This document shows positions 12,201 to 23,905 of a stretch of DNA of 64,000 nt, in pieces; the stretch's first letter is position 1; the number at the start of each line of letters is the position of its first letter. The notes under the pieces are model-generated. The model ran no database searches and had not been told where the DNA came from. It saw only the letters and a program-made list of their open reading frames with translations. A program made the translations under genes and the position numbers. Origin of the DNA: Hemiscyllium ocellatum (taxonomy: Eukaryota); NCBI RefSeq assembly GCF_020745735.1, contig NC_083435.1:13485201-13549200 (forward strand). The letters are read 5' to 3'.

Positions 12201-15200
12201 GGATAGCAAATGTGGTTCCATTGTTCAAAAAGGATAGTAGAGACAACCCTGGTAATTATAGATCAGTGAGTCTCACTTCAATTGTTGGTAATGTGTTGGA
12301 AAAGGTTATAAGAGATAGGATTTATCACCATCTAGAAAAGAATAATCTGATCAGGGACAGTCAGCACGGTTTTATAAATGATGAACAGCAGTGGACCCAA
12401 CACAGACCCTTGCGGTATGCCGCTAGTAACTGGACACCAAGATTAACATGTTCCATCAATTACAACCCTCTGTTTTCTTTCAGAAAGCCAATTACTGATC
12501 CAAACTGCTATGTCTCCCACAATCCCATTCCTCCGCATTTTCTATAATAGTCTACTGTGGGGAACCTTATTGAATGCCTTGCTGAAATCCATATACACCA
12601 CATCAACCGGTTTACTCTCATCTACCTGTTTAGTCACTTTGTCAAAAAACTCAATAAGATTCATTAGGCACGACCTACCCGTCACAAAACTGTGCTGACT
12701 GTCCCTGATCAGATTATTCTATTCTAGATGGTTATAAACCCCATTGAACACATTTTGACCTACCTCGACACTGTCCTATCCCCCCTAGTCCAGGAACTCC
12801 CCACATACATTCGAGACACCACCCACACCCTCCACTTCCTCCAAGACTTTGTTTCCCCAGCCCCCAACGCCTCATCTTCACCATGGATATCCAATCCCTC
12901 TACACCTCCATCCGCCATGACCAGGGCCTCCAAGCCCTCTCTTTCTTCCTCTCCCGACGTCCCCAGCAGTATCATTCCACCGACACTCTCATTCGTCTGG
13001 CCGAACTGGTCCTCACCCTTAACAATTTCTCCTTCAAATCCTCCCACTTCCTCCAGACCAAAGAGGTAGCCATGGGCACCCGTATGGGCCCCAGCTATGC
13101 CTGTCTCTTTGTTGGCTACATGGAACAGTCCATCTTCTGTAATTACACTGGCACCACTCCCCACCTCTTCCTTGCTACATTGATGACTGCCTTGGCACCA
13201 CCTCGGGCTCCCGCGAGGAGGTTGAGAAATTCATCAACTTCACCAACACATCCCACCCTGACCTTAAATTTAACTGGACCATTTCTGACACCTCCCTCCC
13301 CTTCCTGGACCTCTCCATCTCCATTAATGATGACCAACTTGACTCTGCCAATTTTTATAAACCCACCGACTCCCACAGCTATCTGGATTACACCTCATCC
13401 CACCCCCTCCTGCAAACATGCAATCCCTTATTCCCAATTTCTCCGCCTCTGCTGTATCTGCTTCCAGGAGGACCAGTTCCACCACAGAACACATCAGATG
13501 GCCTCCTTCATTAGAGACTGCAATTTCCCTTCCCACGTGGTTAAAGATGCCCTCCAATGCATCTCATCCACATCCTGCATCTCCGCCCTCAGACCCCTCC
13601 CTCCAACTGTAACAAGGACAGAACGCCCCTGGTGCTCGCCCTCCACCCTTCCAACCTTCGCATAAACTAAGTCATCCGCTGATATTTCCGCCACTTCCAA
13701 ACGGACCCCACCACCAGGGATATATTTCCCTCCCCACCCCTTTCCACCTTCCGCAAAGACCGTTCCCTCCATGACTACCTGATCAGATCCACGCCCCCCT
13801 ACAACCCACCCTCCCATCCTGGCACCTTCCCCTGCCACCGCAGGAATTGCAAAACCTGCGCCCACACCTCCTCCCTCACCACCATTCAAGACCCCAAAGG
13901 AGCCTTCCACAACCATCAAAGTTTCACCTGCACGTTCACCAATGTCAATTATTGTATCCGTTGTTCTCAATGTGGTCTCCTCTACACTGGGGAGACTGGG
14001 CATCTCCTCGCAGAGCACTTTCTGGAACATCTCTGGGACATCCCGTAGCCCAACATTTCAACTCCCCCTCCGACCTGCCAAGGACATGCAGGTCCTAGGC
14101 CTCCTCCACTGCTGCTCCCTCACCACCCGACGCCTGGAGGAAGAATGCCTCATCTTATGCCTCAGAACACTTCAACCCCCAGGGCATCAATGTGGACTTC
14201 ATCAGTTTCCTCATTTCCCCTCTACCCACCTTACCTCAGTTCCAACCTTCCAGCTCAGCACTGTCCTCATGACCTGTCCTACCTGCCAACCTCCCTTCCC
14301 ACCTATCTGCTCCACCCTCCTCTCTTACCTATCACCTCCATCCCCACCCCCAATCACTTACTATATTCTTTGCTACCTCCCCCCACCCTCCCCTCTGACC
14401 TATCATTTCTATCCCCACCCCCATTCACCCATTATACTCTTTGCTACCTTAACCCACCCTTCTCTCTGAGCTATGACCTCCATTCCCACCCCCATTCACC
14501 TATTGTACTCTTTGCTACCTTCTCCCCAGCTCCCCCCACCCCCATTTACCTCTCCACCCTGGAGGCTTGCTGCCTCTATTCCTGATGAAGGGCTTTTACC
14601 TGAAACATCGATTTTCCTGCTCCTCGCATGCTGCCTGACCTGCTGTGCTTTTCCAGCACCACTCTGATCTAAACTCTCGTTTCCAGCATCTGTAGTCCTC
14701 ACTTTTGCCTATTACACGTATTAGTCAAGCAAATCTTCTCTGAACAGTATCCAAAATATTTACACCCTTTCTTAAAAAAGGACACGTAACTCCAGCTGTG
14801 TCATGGATAACAGAAACATTATTTTCCTATTTAAGCATTAGATTCCCTTATCAATACATAACAATATACTATTAGCTTTCCTGTTACTTGCTTTCCTCAC
14901 ATACTAACATAATGTGAGTCATACACCAGACATCCAGATCCCAACGCATCTCAAAACTCTGTAAATTCTCACAGTTTGGATGATGCACTTCTACAATGTT
15001 CTTGCTGTCAAACTGAACAATTTCATATTTTTTTCCACATTATAATCCATCCGTCATATTTTTGTCCAACTTCTTAAGCTCTCTACATCACTTTGTAACC
15101 TCCTTTGTGTCCTCTTCATGACTTATTTTCTGGCATAGTTTTGCGTTTTCAACAAATTTGGTTAAGATACCTTCAGTCCCTTTGTCCAAGTCATTTGGAT

Positions 15201-18200
15201 AATTTATAAAAATATGAGAGCACAGCACTAACCCCTGGTGCACACTTTTGAAAAGTGACCCATTTATGCCTACTCTTTCCTGTTAGCTAGCCAAACTGCT
15301 ATCCATGTCACTATGCTTTTCATTTCCGCAATAATCTTTGATGTGATGCCTTCTGAAATGCCTTCTGGAAAGATAAGCATTAAAAATCCATCAGTTCTCT
15401 TTTATTGACAACACAAATAAGATAATAAGTTGGTGAGAAATGGTTTCTTTTTTACAAAATCATGTTAACTCTGTCTGATTACTTTGCGTTTTTCAAAATG
15501 TACTGCTATAATATATTTAGTGATAACTTTTACCATCTTTCCTGTGACACATGTTAACTAACTGACCTGTAGTTCATGTTTTCTGACTCTCTCTCTCTCT
15601 GTCTCTCTCTTTGATTAAATGAGTTATATTTTCCCTGTTCTATCCAGTTGAATCTATCTGGAATATTGGAAATTCTGGAAAATTAAAACCAATGCATCAA
15701 CAATCTCATAAAACACTTCATGCAAGATACAATAGTAAAGACCTGGGGCATTAAGAGGGTGAATGGGGTCTAGATGGAGGGAGAAGTTTAGACAGTAGTT
15801 TCCAGAGCTTTGGAGCTGAAGGCAGGATCCTGAATGTTGCAATGAAAGAGGATAGAAATGTCAATTACTGAGGGGCATAGGTTGATGGTAGAAGGAGGAT
15901 AGTAGAAAGGAGATGTGAGAGGCAAGTTTTTCTTTAACACAGAGGGTGGTAAGTGCTTGGACGTTGACAGAGAACGTGGTAGAAGCAGGTACAATTGTGA
16001 TATTTAAAAGGTATCTTGACAGATATTTGAATAAGCAAGGAATACAGGAAAGTGGACCACACTAAGGGAAAAGGTTTTCAATTTAGTACATTATTATGTG
16101 TCAAATCAAGGGTTAGTGGTTTGAAGGACTTGCTACCATGCTGTCTTGTTCTTTAGTCCTTTTTCTATAAATGATGGTTTGCATAAGAGTCCAGAATTGA
16201 AGGAATAGAGAACCCCCGGGGGCAGAAGGGATGACAATAGGGAGAGGGTTTCCATGGAGAAATGTCACAAGTTGTGCAGCTGAGGACTCAGCACGGATGA
16301 ATGAGCACAGTAGGGGAATGGATACCCATGGTATCAGTTAGAGCAAGAACAACAGGATGAGCTATTAATTCTCCACCGGGTAGATATGGTTCTTATTGGA
16401 TTTACTTTTGTCCCTGCAACTTGCCAAAACTGATCAAAATCCACGAATATAATTGATGATGCCCGCATGCAATCGGGGGAATAGCTTGAACATAAGCTAT
16501 GAAAATGCCAGGATATTGGGAAAAAAATCTCTTAAAATCAATCCTTGTTGTTTACTTACTGTCAGTTACAACAAGGTGCGTTGCGGTCCCGTTGCCTCTC
16601 CCAATTGCCGGGAGTTCCACTTCACAGTAGTAAAAATCCGAGTCCAATTTCAATACTCTGTTGAGTTTAATGAAAGCCTTGCCCTGGAGAAATAACTCAG
16701 CCCCCGACTTCTCCAGCCGTCTCTTATAGAAAGGATTACTGTTCGAAATTTCCATGTTTTCAATGGCACGCCTCCAAACAATTCGTCCAACAGCGTTCAG
16801 CTCGTCAAAGGTGCAGTTCAGCTGCACAGATTCACCTTCTGTCACATGAACATTTGGAGACTGCAACACTTTGACTTCTCTCATCAGCACGTTGTCTGGA
16901 GTACAATGGAGCAATTTCATAAGGACACATGATCAGTAGCAGTCAGTACTTGGAGCTTGCTCTACCAGTAACTAAAATAATGGATGATTTTCTACCTCAA
17001 GAACACCTTCAGAATAATTCTCAAGAAATTCAATCCTAAGATATCCAAACTTTGATCAATTTCTTTCATATTCAATGGCTCAGCATCCACTCCTCTCTGA
17101 GATGGAGAATTCCCAACATTCACATCTGTTTGAAACAACAACTTAACTTCTAGATTCCCCAAAGCCTTCCTCTAACATGTGGGATATAGGAGAGGTCTGC
17201 GATTCAAGTCTGTTCACATGCTCAAACAGTTACAGTTTCAACATTTCAGGATTCAGACATCAGCCCAGACAAAGCAGACAGATAGTTTGGCACCCCATCC
17301 AAGCTTCAATATTCAAGCTCTCTGTGACATTACAAAGTGGCAGCAGAAATAACCATCTACAAAATGCACTGCTGTACCTCGCTAAGTCTCCTTTAACATC
17401 AAATTCCAAACCTGTGATCTCTATCAGATAGAAGGATAGTGGCTGCAAGGTATAGGAAAACCACACGTTCCCTCCCAAGAGAAACATCTTTCTGACTTGG
17501 CACTATATCACTCTTCCTTACTGTTAATAGGTCAAAATTCTGGAACTCTGTCCTAAACAGCACCAGAAGCATAGCTTATTAAAAATGATGTCCAATCATC
17601 AGTCTCTCTGGTGTTATTAAGATTCAGAAATAAATGTCAGTTCTGCCAATTATGCTCGCATGCCAATAAAGAATAAACAGTGCCCCTATATATTTGAGTG
17701 TGAAGTATCAGTTAATTAGAAGGTTGAGAGACTTTTCATTTAAATGTAAAGCTCATTGGGTTGGGGCCTCTTGTGGTGCAGTGGTACTCTATTTTCCCCA
17801 AAACTGAGAGACCAGGGTCAAGTCTCACCAGCTCTAGCTATGTGCCATAACATTAGGATAATAGGCTACATTTAAAAATGCTTACTGGATTAGTAATCCA
17901 AAGGTGCAAGGTAATGCTCCTGGAACATGGGTTCAACACATCGTTAATAAAAGCAATCCAAACATTATTAATTCTTTTGAATAATGGTGACTGTTGAAGT
18001 ATCTGAAATGTTTGTAAAACTAATATGTTTTAGGGAAGGAAATCTGACTCCAGATCCAAAGCAATTCTGTTGACTCTACACTGCCTTCTGAAATGGAGTC
18101 AAGAATGTGGCGCTAGAAAAGCACAGCAGGTCAGATAGCATCTAAGGAGCAGGAAAATCGAAGTTCAGGCAAAAGCCCTTCATCAGGAATGTGGCTGGAA

Positions 18201-21200
18201 GCCTCGAGGGTGGAAAGAAAAATAGGGGGGGGGGGGGGTGGGTGGGGCTGGATGTGCTCTCTGAAATAGCCTAGCAAATTTAATTTGGGTTTGGCAACAA
18301 GCACAAACCTTGAACAAATGCCAAGCTTGCCAGTGATGCCCAGAGCCCAAGATGGAAATTGTACATAATGTGCCAGATGTGACCTCATCAATAGCCTCCA
18401 TAGTCAGATTTCCTAACTCTTATATTTCATTCCCCTCCAGAAAAAAAAATTCCAAACGTCTTGCTAATTACTCGCTATATGTGCAAAGTAGTTTTTGGTG
18501 ATTCATGTATCGGGTGCCAATATCACTGTGAGCCTGTGAGTTTTGCAAACCCTTCCTATTTAAATAGTATGCTACTTTTTTATTCTTCCTGCCAAAATCG
18601 GCAAATTCACATTTCTCCATTTGCTGTGAATTAAGTAATATTTTGAAAATCTGAGATAGGAACGGCATATCTCTGGGATTGAGTCTGTGCAACAATGACT
18701 TTGGAAAACAGATTGAATCTTTGTTTTGGTGTTAGAATTAAAATCGTCCTAGCTAGCTGTGCCTTTTATTTTTCATTAGTGTAAAAAGATGATTGTTGTT
18801 CGAAATAATATCTGCAGATACATGGCAACATGTTTCAGTGAGAAACCACAATGTTAATTAACTACAAAAATGAGGGATATGATCTCCCAAATTAGGTTTC
18901 ATCCTGAAGTCTGATTATTTCCCAGATCATGTCACAAGAGCTGCTGAATATTTCCAGCAATTTGTGTTATTTTCAATTTCAGATCTCCACAGTATTTTTG
19001 TATTTGCATTTTAAAAATTCTGTTAGGAGTCCAAGGGTTTGGTTATTTCCAGAACTACTGAAATTAATCTTTCGTGGCTATCCTCAGAATTTTCTAAAAT
19101 GAGAATGGTTAATATACATAACATATGAAACCTGGAATTCACCAGTTAGCAATAAGAATACAGCTCCCCATAAGAATAATTGGCTAAAAACTTGCAAAAA
19201 AATCAGTTAAATGAACGTAGGAAGACAGCAGCAGGGTGGAACGGTGGCGAAATGGTTAATTGACCCAGGTTCAATTCCCGCCTTTGGCAACTGTGTGGTG
19301 TTTGCACATTCTCCCCCTGTCTGCGTGCGTTTGCTCCGGTTTCCTCCCAAAGAACTGCAGGTTAGGTGAATTGACCAAGCTAAATTGCCCGTAGTGCAAG
19401 TCAGAGGGGAATGGGTCTGGATGGGTTACTCTTCCGTGGGTCGGTGTGGACTTGTTGGGCCGAAGGGCCTGTTTTCACACTGTAGGGAATCAAACAACTC
19501 TTTCAAAGAGCCACCGGAGGAACCGTGGGCCAAATGACCTCAACCACACTGTTTCAGTTTATGATAAAACTGTTCATAATAGAATTGTAACTCTGTATGA
19601 AAGTATCATATGGCCCGTAATGGACGTATGCATTTTTAAGTCTCAGTTGAGGTATTGTATACAGTTTTGGGCACCAAACTACAGGAAGGACGAGAATGCA
19701 TTGGAAGGATTGCGGAACACATCTACAAAAACAGTTCCAGAACCGTGACAGTGCAAAGTTTTTTCACAGAATGAGTGTTTGAGTCTCACGTCCACTGGCT
19801 GGAAGTGTGAAGATGGCAGGTTTAATTAAGGCATTTGATAGATCGATAGATATTTGTTTAAATGGCAACTATGCACAAGATTAAGGGGGAAGGTAGAAAG
19901 TGACGAGGCTTATAGGATAGATGGTGCAGATACAATGCAGGGTCGAACGGCCTCCTTCTGCATCCGGACTGTTCTGTGATTTGTAATCACTTCTGCACCA
20001 GCTCCCCATATTTGCAACTCCGTGTTCTATTTTCTGCCTTCTCCCCATAAGCATGCCCGTTGTTCCCTTTTCGATAGCAGTCTAACCCCGCTGGTTAATT
20101 TCTCTGGAATGCTAGAATCACTCAGTAAAGAAGAGGCTCTTCGCCCCATTAACGCTGTACCCGACAACCAAATTTCTAAATCTATAGTAATCCCATGTTC
20201 CAGTACTTGGCCCACAACCTTGAATGTTATGGTATTTCCATTGCTCAAACAAATGCATTTTAAAGGTTACGTGGTTTCCTGCCGCAGCTAACCGCCAAAG
20301 GAATGCATTTCAGATTCCCACCACCCTCTGGGTTAAAACGTTTTGCTTCAAATCCCTTCGAAACGTCACATCCTTCACCATAAAATAATATCCCCTGGTT
20401 CTTCACCATTAACCTAAGGGGTTAATAACTGCTACTCCTACACCCTCTCACCACCCTCATACTCTTATAACACATCAGGAGAAACTTCAGTGGTACGGTA
20501 GTCCCTACCTTTGAGCCAGAGACCCAGGTTCAAGTCGCACCTGCTCCAGAAGTGTGTAATAGTATTTTTAAACAGGTTGATTAAAGCAACTCAATCAAGT
20601 CCCGTCTCTGCTCCAACTGTACTCCATTACACTCTCAGGCAGTTTACTCTACACCCTAACTACTCACTGCAGGAAAATTCCTTTCTTTATAATACTTTTG
20701 CTTCTTTTACTAATTGCTTTAACTCTTGCGTTCTTATTCTCCATCTTTCCACGAATGGCAACACTTTCTCCCTAGTTACTCTTCCCAACATCTCATGAGT
20801 TTAAACACGTCAATCAATTCTTCCCTCTGCCTTTCTTTCTCCAAAGAGGACAGTTCTGGCTTCTCCAATCTACCTTCGTAACTGAAATTCCTCATCCCTG
20901 GAACTGTTTTGTATACTTCTGAACTCTCTCTAAGGGTTTCACGTCCTCCCTAACTTATAACACTCCAGCTGAGGCTGAACCAGTGTCTTATCCACCTTCT
21001 ACATAACTTCTTTGCAATTGCCCTTATTGCATTAAAAAGGCCTCGGGTACTGTTTGCTACGCTAGCCACACTCAAACTGTCTTGCCATTTTTAATGACAC
21101 ATGCACATGTGCACCCTCTTGTAGACTTCACTTAGTGATGCCTCTCAACCCTCTTCTCACCAAAATGTATCACTCCACAGTATTAATCAAAACATTTTCT

Positions 21201-21952
21201 CTCCTACACACGTTGTGACTTGATTAACCGTTAACTTGGTTCAGCAATCACCCCAGGGTCCAGTATTGGACAAAAACCAAAAGAACTGTGGATGCTGCAA
21301 AGCAGAAACAAAAGCAGAAGTTGCCGGAAAACCTCAGCAGGTCTGGCAGCATTTGTGGAGAGAATCCCACTTTTCGGGGCCGAAGACCCTTCCTCAAAAC
21401 TGGCAGATAACTCTGACAGATGCGATCAGGCCTGCTGAGTTTTTCCAGTAGCTTCAGTGTTTTTTGTTTGCTCTAATATTGGGTACTTTAGTCACCTCAG
21501 GGCTCACAACACCGGAGTGGAAGGAAGTCATCCTCGATGGCTTAGAACTGCTTAATAAGAAGCAGCTCTCCTCGAAGGTAACAGATTGTCCCTTCAGAAA
21601 CAAAAACAGAAATTGCTGGAAAAGCTCCGCAGGTCTGGCAGCGTCTGCGGAGAGAAATCAGAGTTGGCGGTTCGGGTCAAGTGACCCTACCTCAGAACTG
21701 CACCCGAAACGTTAACTCTGATTTCTCTCCACAGATGCTGCCAGACCTGCGGAGTTTTTCCAGCAATTTCTGGGGTTTTTTGGGTCTCTGATTCACAGCA
21801 TTCACCACGTTCATTCTTTCGCTTTTAGTTTGTCCTTTCGCCCGTATTAAAGCCCCACATGTACATACGCGATAATAGCAGGGCAGAGACTCACCTGTCT
21901 GTAGGGAAACGGTCATGACATTCAGCAACATCCACCTTAGAACGGTTTGCAT
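3141..21952 (-). CDS. NCR3: NCR3/NKp30-like receptor gene A, spliced CDS: join(21952..21895,16895..16560,9671..9549,5659..5643,3290..3141), about 227 aa type I membrane protein
   Basis: Five exons with canonical AG/GT ends and matching phases (1,1,1,0). Total 684 nt = 227 aa + TAG. Order is signal peptide, V domain, TM, Tyr-motif tail. The symbol denotes the family, not proven one-to-one orthology. Confidence 0.75.
3938..4640 (-). mobile_element. CR1 LINE 3' fragment
   Basis: ORF 4037..4558 [30 protein letters not shown]; CR1 3' tail. Confidence 0.9.
4655..5400 (+). mobile_element. Decayed CR1/L2-clade LINE 3' fragment
   Basis: ORF 4828..5175 resembles a LINE RT C-terminus (INAVVARAHQRLGIL..LSTMCKTQVRNVMEN). 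Confidence 0.6.
5415..5454 (-). CDS. Possible optional cytoplasmic exon of gene A (24 nt 5438..5415 LTAFKVMQ, or 40 nt 5454..5415 CEASLVDSIQSDA)
   Basis: Donor GCAA/GTATGT with several tandem AG acceptors. Either version can be spliced in frame with the Tyr-motif exon, but it is not required. Confidence 0.35.
5643..5659 (-). CDS. Gene A 17-nt cytoplasmic micro-exon (D)EIEAQ
   Basis: Strong acceptor TTTCTATTTCAG/ and donor CAG/GTAAGA; converts phase 1 to phase 0 as the terminal exon requires. Confidence 0.65.
6318..6357 (-). ncRNA. Minimal type I hammerhead ribozyme motif (Penelope)
   Basis: GCA-CUGAUGA-U-GUCUCCU/AGCC/AGGGGAC-GAAAC-GUU-UGC. Confidence 0.7.
7280..7319 (+). ncRNA. Minimal type I hammerhead ribozyme motif (Penelope)
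   Basis: Same motif as 6318..6357, on the opposite arm. Confidence 0.7.
7405..8790 (-). mobile_element. RTE-clade LINE fragment, interrupted by a SINE
   Basis: (AAG)n tail at 7412..7431 on the minus strand; decayed LRK.VFED..YRAVV.P.LLYGSE.W-type RTE C-terminus at 8234..8440. Confidence 0.7.
7905..8230 (+). mobile_element. tRNA-derived SINE (SacSINE1/Deu-domain-like)
   Basis: A box TGGCCTAGTG, B box GGGTTCGAATCCC, conserved body and GGGCAATAAATGCTGGCC tail. Confidence 0.7.
9549..9671 (-). CDS. Gene A exon 3, stalk and transmembrane (KNRADRPLLNFGQLFSLMLGLLGLFTLVIIVLLSRLYCQHK)
   Basis: Acceptor CCTTCACCAG/AA, donor AAAG/GTATGG, 123 nt, phase 1-1, uncharged hydrophobic stretch of more than 20 aa. 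Confidence 0.82.
11550..11695 (+). mobile_element. Short non-autonomous Penelope-terminus element
   Basis: TGAGG-AAGG-TCACTGGACTC hammerhead-like remnant followed by the CTCCACAGATGCT..GACCTGCTGAG terminus typical of these elements. Confidence 0.55.
11700..12738. mobile_element. CR1 RT fragment: plus 11700..12373, then inverted continuation 12374..12738
   Basis: ORF 11906..12547 (DKSPGPDG..NYRSVSLTS..DSQHGF); the downstream RT part (GSVLGPLLF) lies on the minus strand. Confidence 0.85.
12739..14712 (+). mobile_element. Penelope-like element, Neptune-type, 5'-truncated (RT, Cys linker, GIY-YIG, 3' region)
   Basis: MDIQSLYTSI, AMGTRMGPSYACLF, PCHRRNCKTC zinc-finger-like linker, IIYCIRCSQCGLLY.GET-type endonuclease; frameshifted. 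Confidence 0.9.
14720..15780 (-). mobile_element. Old decayed CR1/L2 RT fragments
   Basis: Residual RT-like nucleotide motifs, no ORF. Confidence 0.5.
15790..16160 (+). mobile_element. Decayed CR1 3' end
   Basis: TTTTTCTTTAACACAGAGGGTGGT..TGGTAGAAGCAGGTACAATTG CR1 3' signature. Confidence 0.65.
16560..16895 (-). CDS. NCR3: Gene A exon 2, NKp30-type VJ Ig domain
   Basis: Acceptor ACTCCAG/AC, donor GACA/GTAAGT, 336 nt. Peptide ..VQLNCTF..AVGRIVW..ELFLQGKAFIKL..DSDFYYCEVELPAIGRGNGTATHLVV parallels human NKp30 (AIGSVTW, RFLHDHQAELHI, YVCRVEVLGLGVGTGNGTRLVV). Confidence 0.88.
18095..18260 (-). mobile_element. Neptune-type Penelope 3' terminus fragment
   Basis: Matches the 14560..14680 end, including a degenerate CTGATGA/GGGC-TTTT-GCC hammerhead. 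Confidence 0.75.
19234..19491 (+). mobile_element. HE1/V-SINE
   Basis: tRNA-like head, V-domain TTTGCACATTCTCCCC.TGTCTGCGT, CR1-like tail GGGCCGAAGGGCCTGTTT. Confidence 0.85.
19640..19985 (+). mobile_element. Decayed CR1 3' fragment
   Basis: YCIQFWAPNYRKDENALE in ORF 19446..19748. Confidence 0.7.
20290..21200 (-). mobile_element. Decayed CR1/L2 3' fragments with a SINE remnant
   Basis: CR1-like tail motifs on the minus strand; tRNA-like remnant at 20490..20580. Confidence 0.5.
21270..21470. mobile_element. Short inverted (hairpin) Penelope-terminus element
   Basis: GGAAAACCTCAGCAGGTCTGGCAGCAT ... ATGCGATCAGGCCTGCTGAGTTTTTCC imperfect inverted arms. Confidence 0.65.
21595..21810. mobile_element. 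Short inverted (hairpin) Penelope-terminus element in intron 1 of gene A
   Basis: AGAAATTGCTGGAAAAGCTCCGCAGGTCTGGCAGC..GAGAGAAATCAGAGTT vs AACTCTGATTTCTCTC..GCTGCCAGACCTGCGGAGTTTTTCCAGCAATTTCT. Confidence 0.8.
21895..21952 (-). CDS. Gene A exon 1, signal peptide MQTVLRWMLLNVMTVSLQT
   Basis: ATG at 21952, hydrophobic 19-aa leader, phase-1 donor ACAG/GTGAGT matching the phase-1 start of the V exon. Confidence 0.75.
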
Positions 21953-22206
21953 CTTGTTTCTTGCTCTGCACGGTAATAAGAACTCGCATGTCATCTACAG
22001 GAAAGCGGAGTGGCACATAATGCTGATGCTGGCCGGAATGGAAATAAAACCAAGCGGCGTTTGGTTTAATCCCAAACAGGCCAGACGTATTCATCCCCCC
22101 AATGTGATCCGAGCGATAAACAATGAGGACGGATTAGGATTTGATTATCACACAGGCATCACCGAATACTCTGAGAGCGTTAATAAACTAGTCAAAATTA
22201 TTGTTC

Positions 22207-22490
22207 GTGGTTCAGTGGTTAGCACTGCTACCTCATTGCTCCAGGGCCCCGGGATCGAGTCCAGCCTCGGGTGACTGTCTGTGTGGAGTTTGCACATTCT
22301 TCCCGTGTCTGCGTGGGTTTCCTCCCACAGTCCAAAAACGTGCAGGTCAGCTGAATTGGTCATACTAAATTGCCCATAGCGTTAGATGCGTCAGTCAGAT
22401 GGAATTGGGTCTGGGTGGGTTACTCTTCGGAGGGTCGGTGTGGACTTGTTGGGCCAGAGGAACTGTTTCCACACTGTAGGGAATCTAATC
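22207..22490 (+). mobile_element. HE1/V-SINE directly upstream of gene A exon 1
   Basis: TGGTTCAGTGGTTAGCACTGCT A box, V-domain, (ATCTA)n-type tail. Confidence 0.9.
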
Positions 22491-23905
22491 GTTACTGTTC
22501 ATGCATTCCAGTAGGTATTGAGGGGATTGGTGAGCTCAGTTTGCTTGGATACCGGGGTTTGCGATGAAGGGTGATGCTGACAGTGTGGGTTCACTTCAAT
22601 TCAGCCTGGCTGAGGTCACGATAACTGACTGTCAATCATGAAAACTTTTCATGGTAATGTCCCTACCTCCGAACTAGGAGACCGGGGTTCAAGTCCCACC
22701 TGCTCCAGAGGTTTGTTATCATATCATTAAACAGATTGATTAAAGTAACTCCAGCTCAGTGAGGTCCCTCCTCTGCTCCAAGTGCACTCCATTACACTCT
22801 CAGATAGACCCTAACTACTCGCTGCATGAAAATTGATTTCTTTATAATGTTTTTACTTCCTCCACTTTTACTTTTTTAAAAAAAAATTGCTTTCTTGCTC
22901 TCCATTTTTCAAAGAGTGGGAACATTTTCTCCCTATTTACTCGGTCTAACGTGTCATCATTTTAAACACTTCAATGAATGTTTCTCTCGCCTCCTCCCAG
23001 GAGAACGGTATCAAACTCCTTGCCCACCCACACCCTCCGCCTGTGTTGTGGTGGCCCTCAGGTTAAAGCACCACCAATCCTCTCTTTACCTTTTACCTCA
23101 CCTAGAATCTCCAGGTTGTTCCGATTATTAAGATTAATACGAACCTAGATGAAAAGTTGGCCTCCTATATGCTCTGCACAAACCAACTTACCTTCGGTGA
23201 ACCTAGATTGTTTCTGAGCACCAGCGCGGAAAGAGGGAAGTGAAAATCAGAAGGGAGGTATTGAAAATAAACCTTAAAAGCATTTGAAAACCAAAAGCAA
23301 AGTCAAAGTCAAGAGCTCTGAGAGAGAGAGAGAGATGGTCACCACGCCTCACGTCAGGGGTGAGGATGAAAAAGTGGAATCCCCACGGTAAACCGAGTCG
23401 GTAAGGGAACTGAACTCACGGTGTAATTGTACATTGCAAACCAACCGTTTAGTCTACCGATCCCCACCTCCTTCCCCCCCCCCCCCCCCAAATAAAAACA
23501 ATACACCAGAACCGCAAAAGCGTGGCATTTGTAGGTTTGTAAAGTGAGGGGTTGGCGTTGACAGTACATTCAAGTCAACTGTATACAGCCTTTGGGATTT
23601 GGTCTTACAAAGTGTGGCTAGTCAGCAACGTTTGCAAGGGATCTTGGGGTAAACAACGTGGAGCACTTGCCAGGGTTGAAATATTAGAGAAAATTAGGCG
23701 AAATTTAACGATTTGGAGGATTGGTATTTTCAAAGCTGTAGTTCGGGATGAAGGGAAGGCAGAAGCAACAGAACAAGAGAAAAAAGCCATAACTGTCAGT
23801 TCCCAAGGTATTTGGTAGAAACTTGCTTCCAACAGCAATAATCTGGGGGAGAACGAGTTGAAAGCCAAACATTGAGTTCAGGGTGCACAAGAATGGGAAA
23901 TTTGT

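Noticed and set aside
13494-14667. Long Pro/Gly-rich ORFs (e.g. 13494..14030, 14145..14585, 29149..29877) as novel genes
   Set aside because: Antisense or off-frame readings of the C-rich Neptune Penelope element
16552-16920. TCR or immunoglobulin V segment, or CD28/CTLA4
   Set aside because: No RSS, J-like strand is germline-joined, no C domain before the TM, no MYPPPY; NKp30-type motifs fit better
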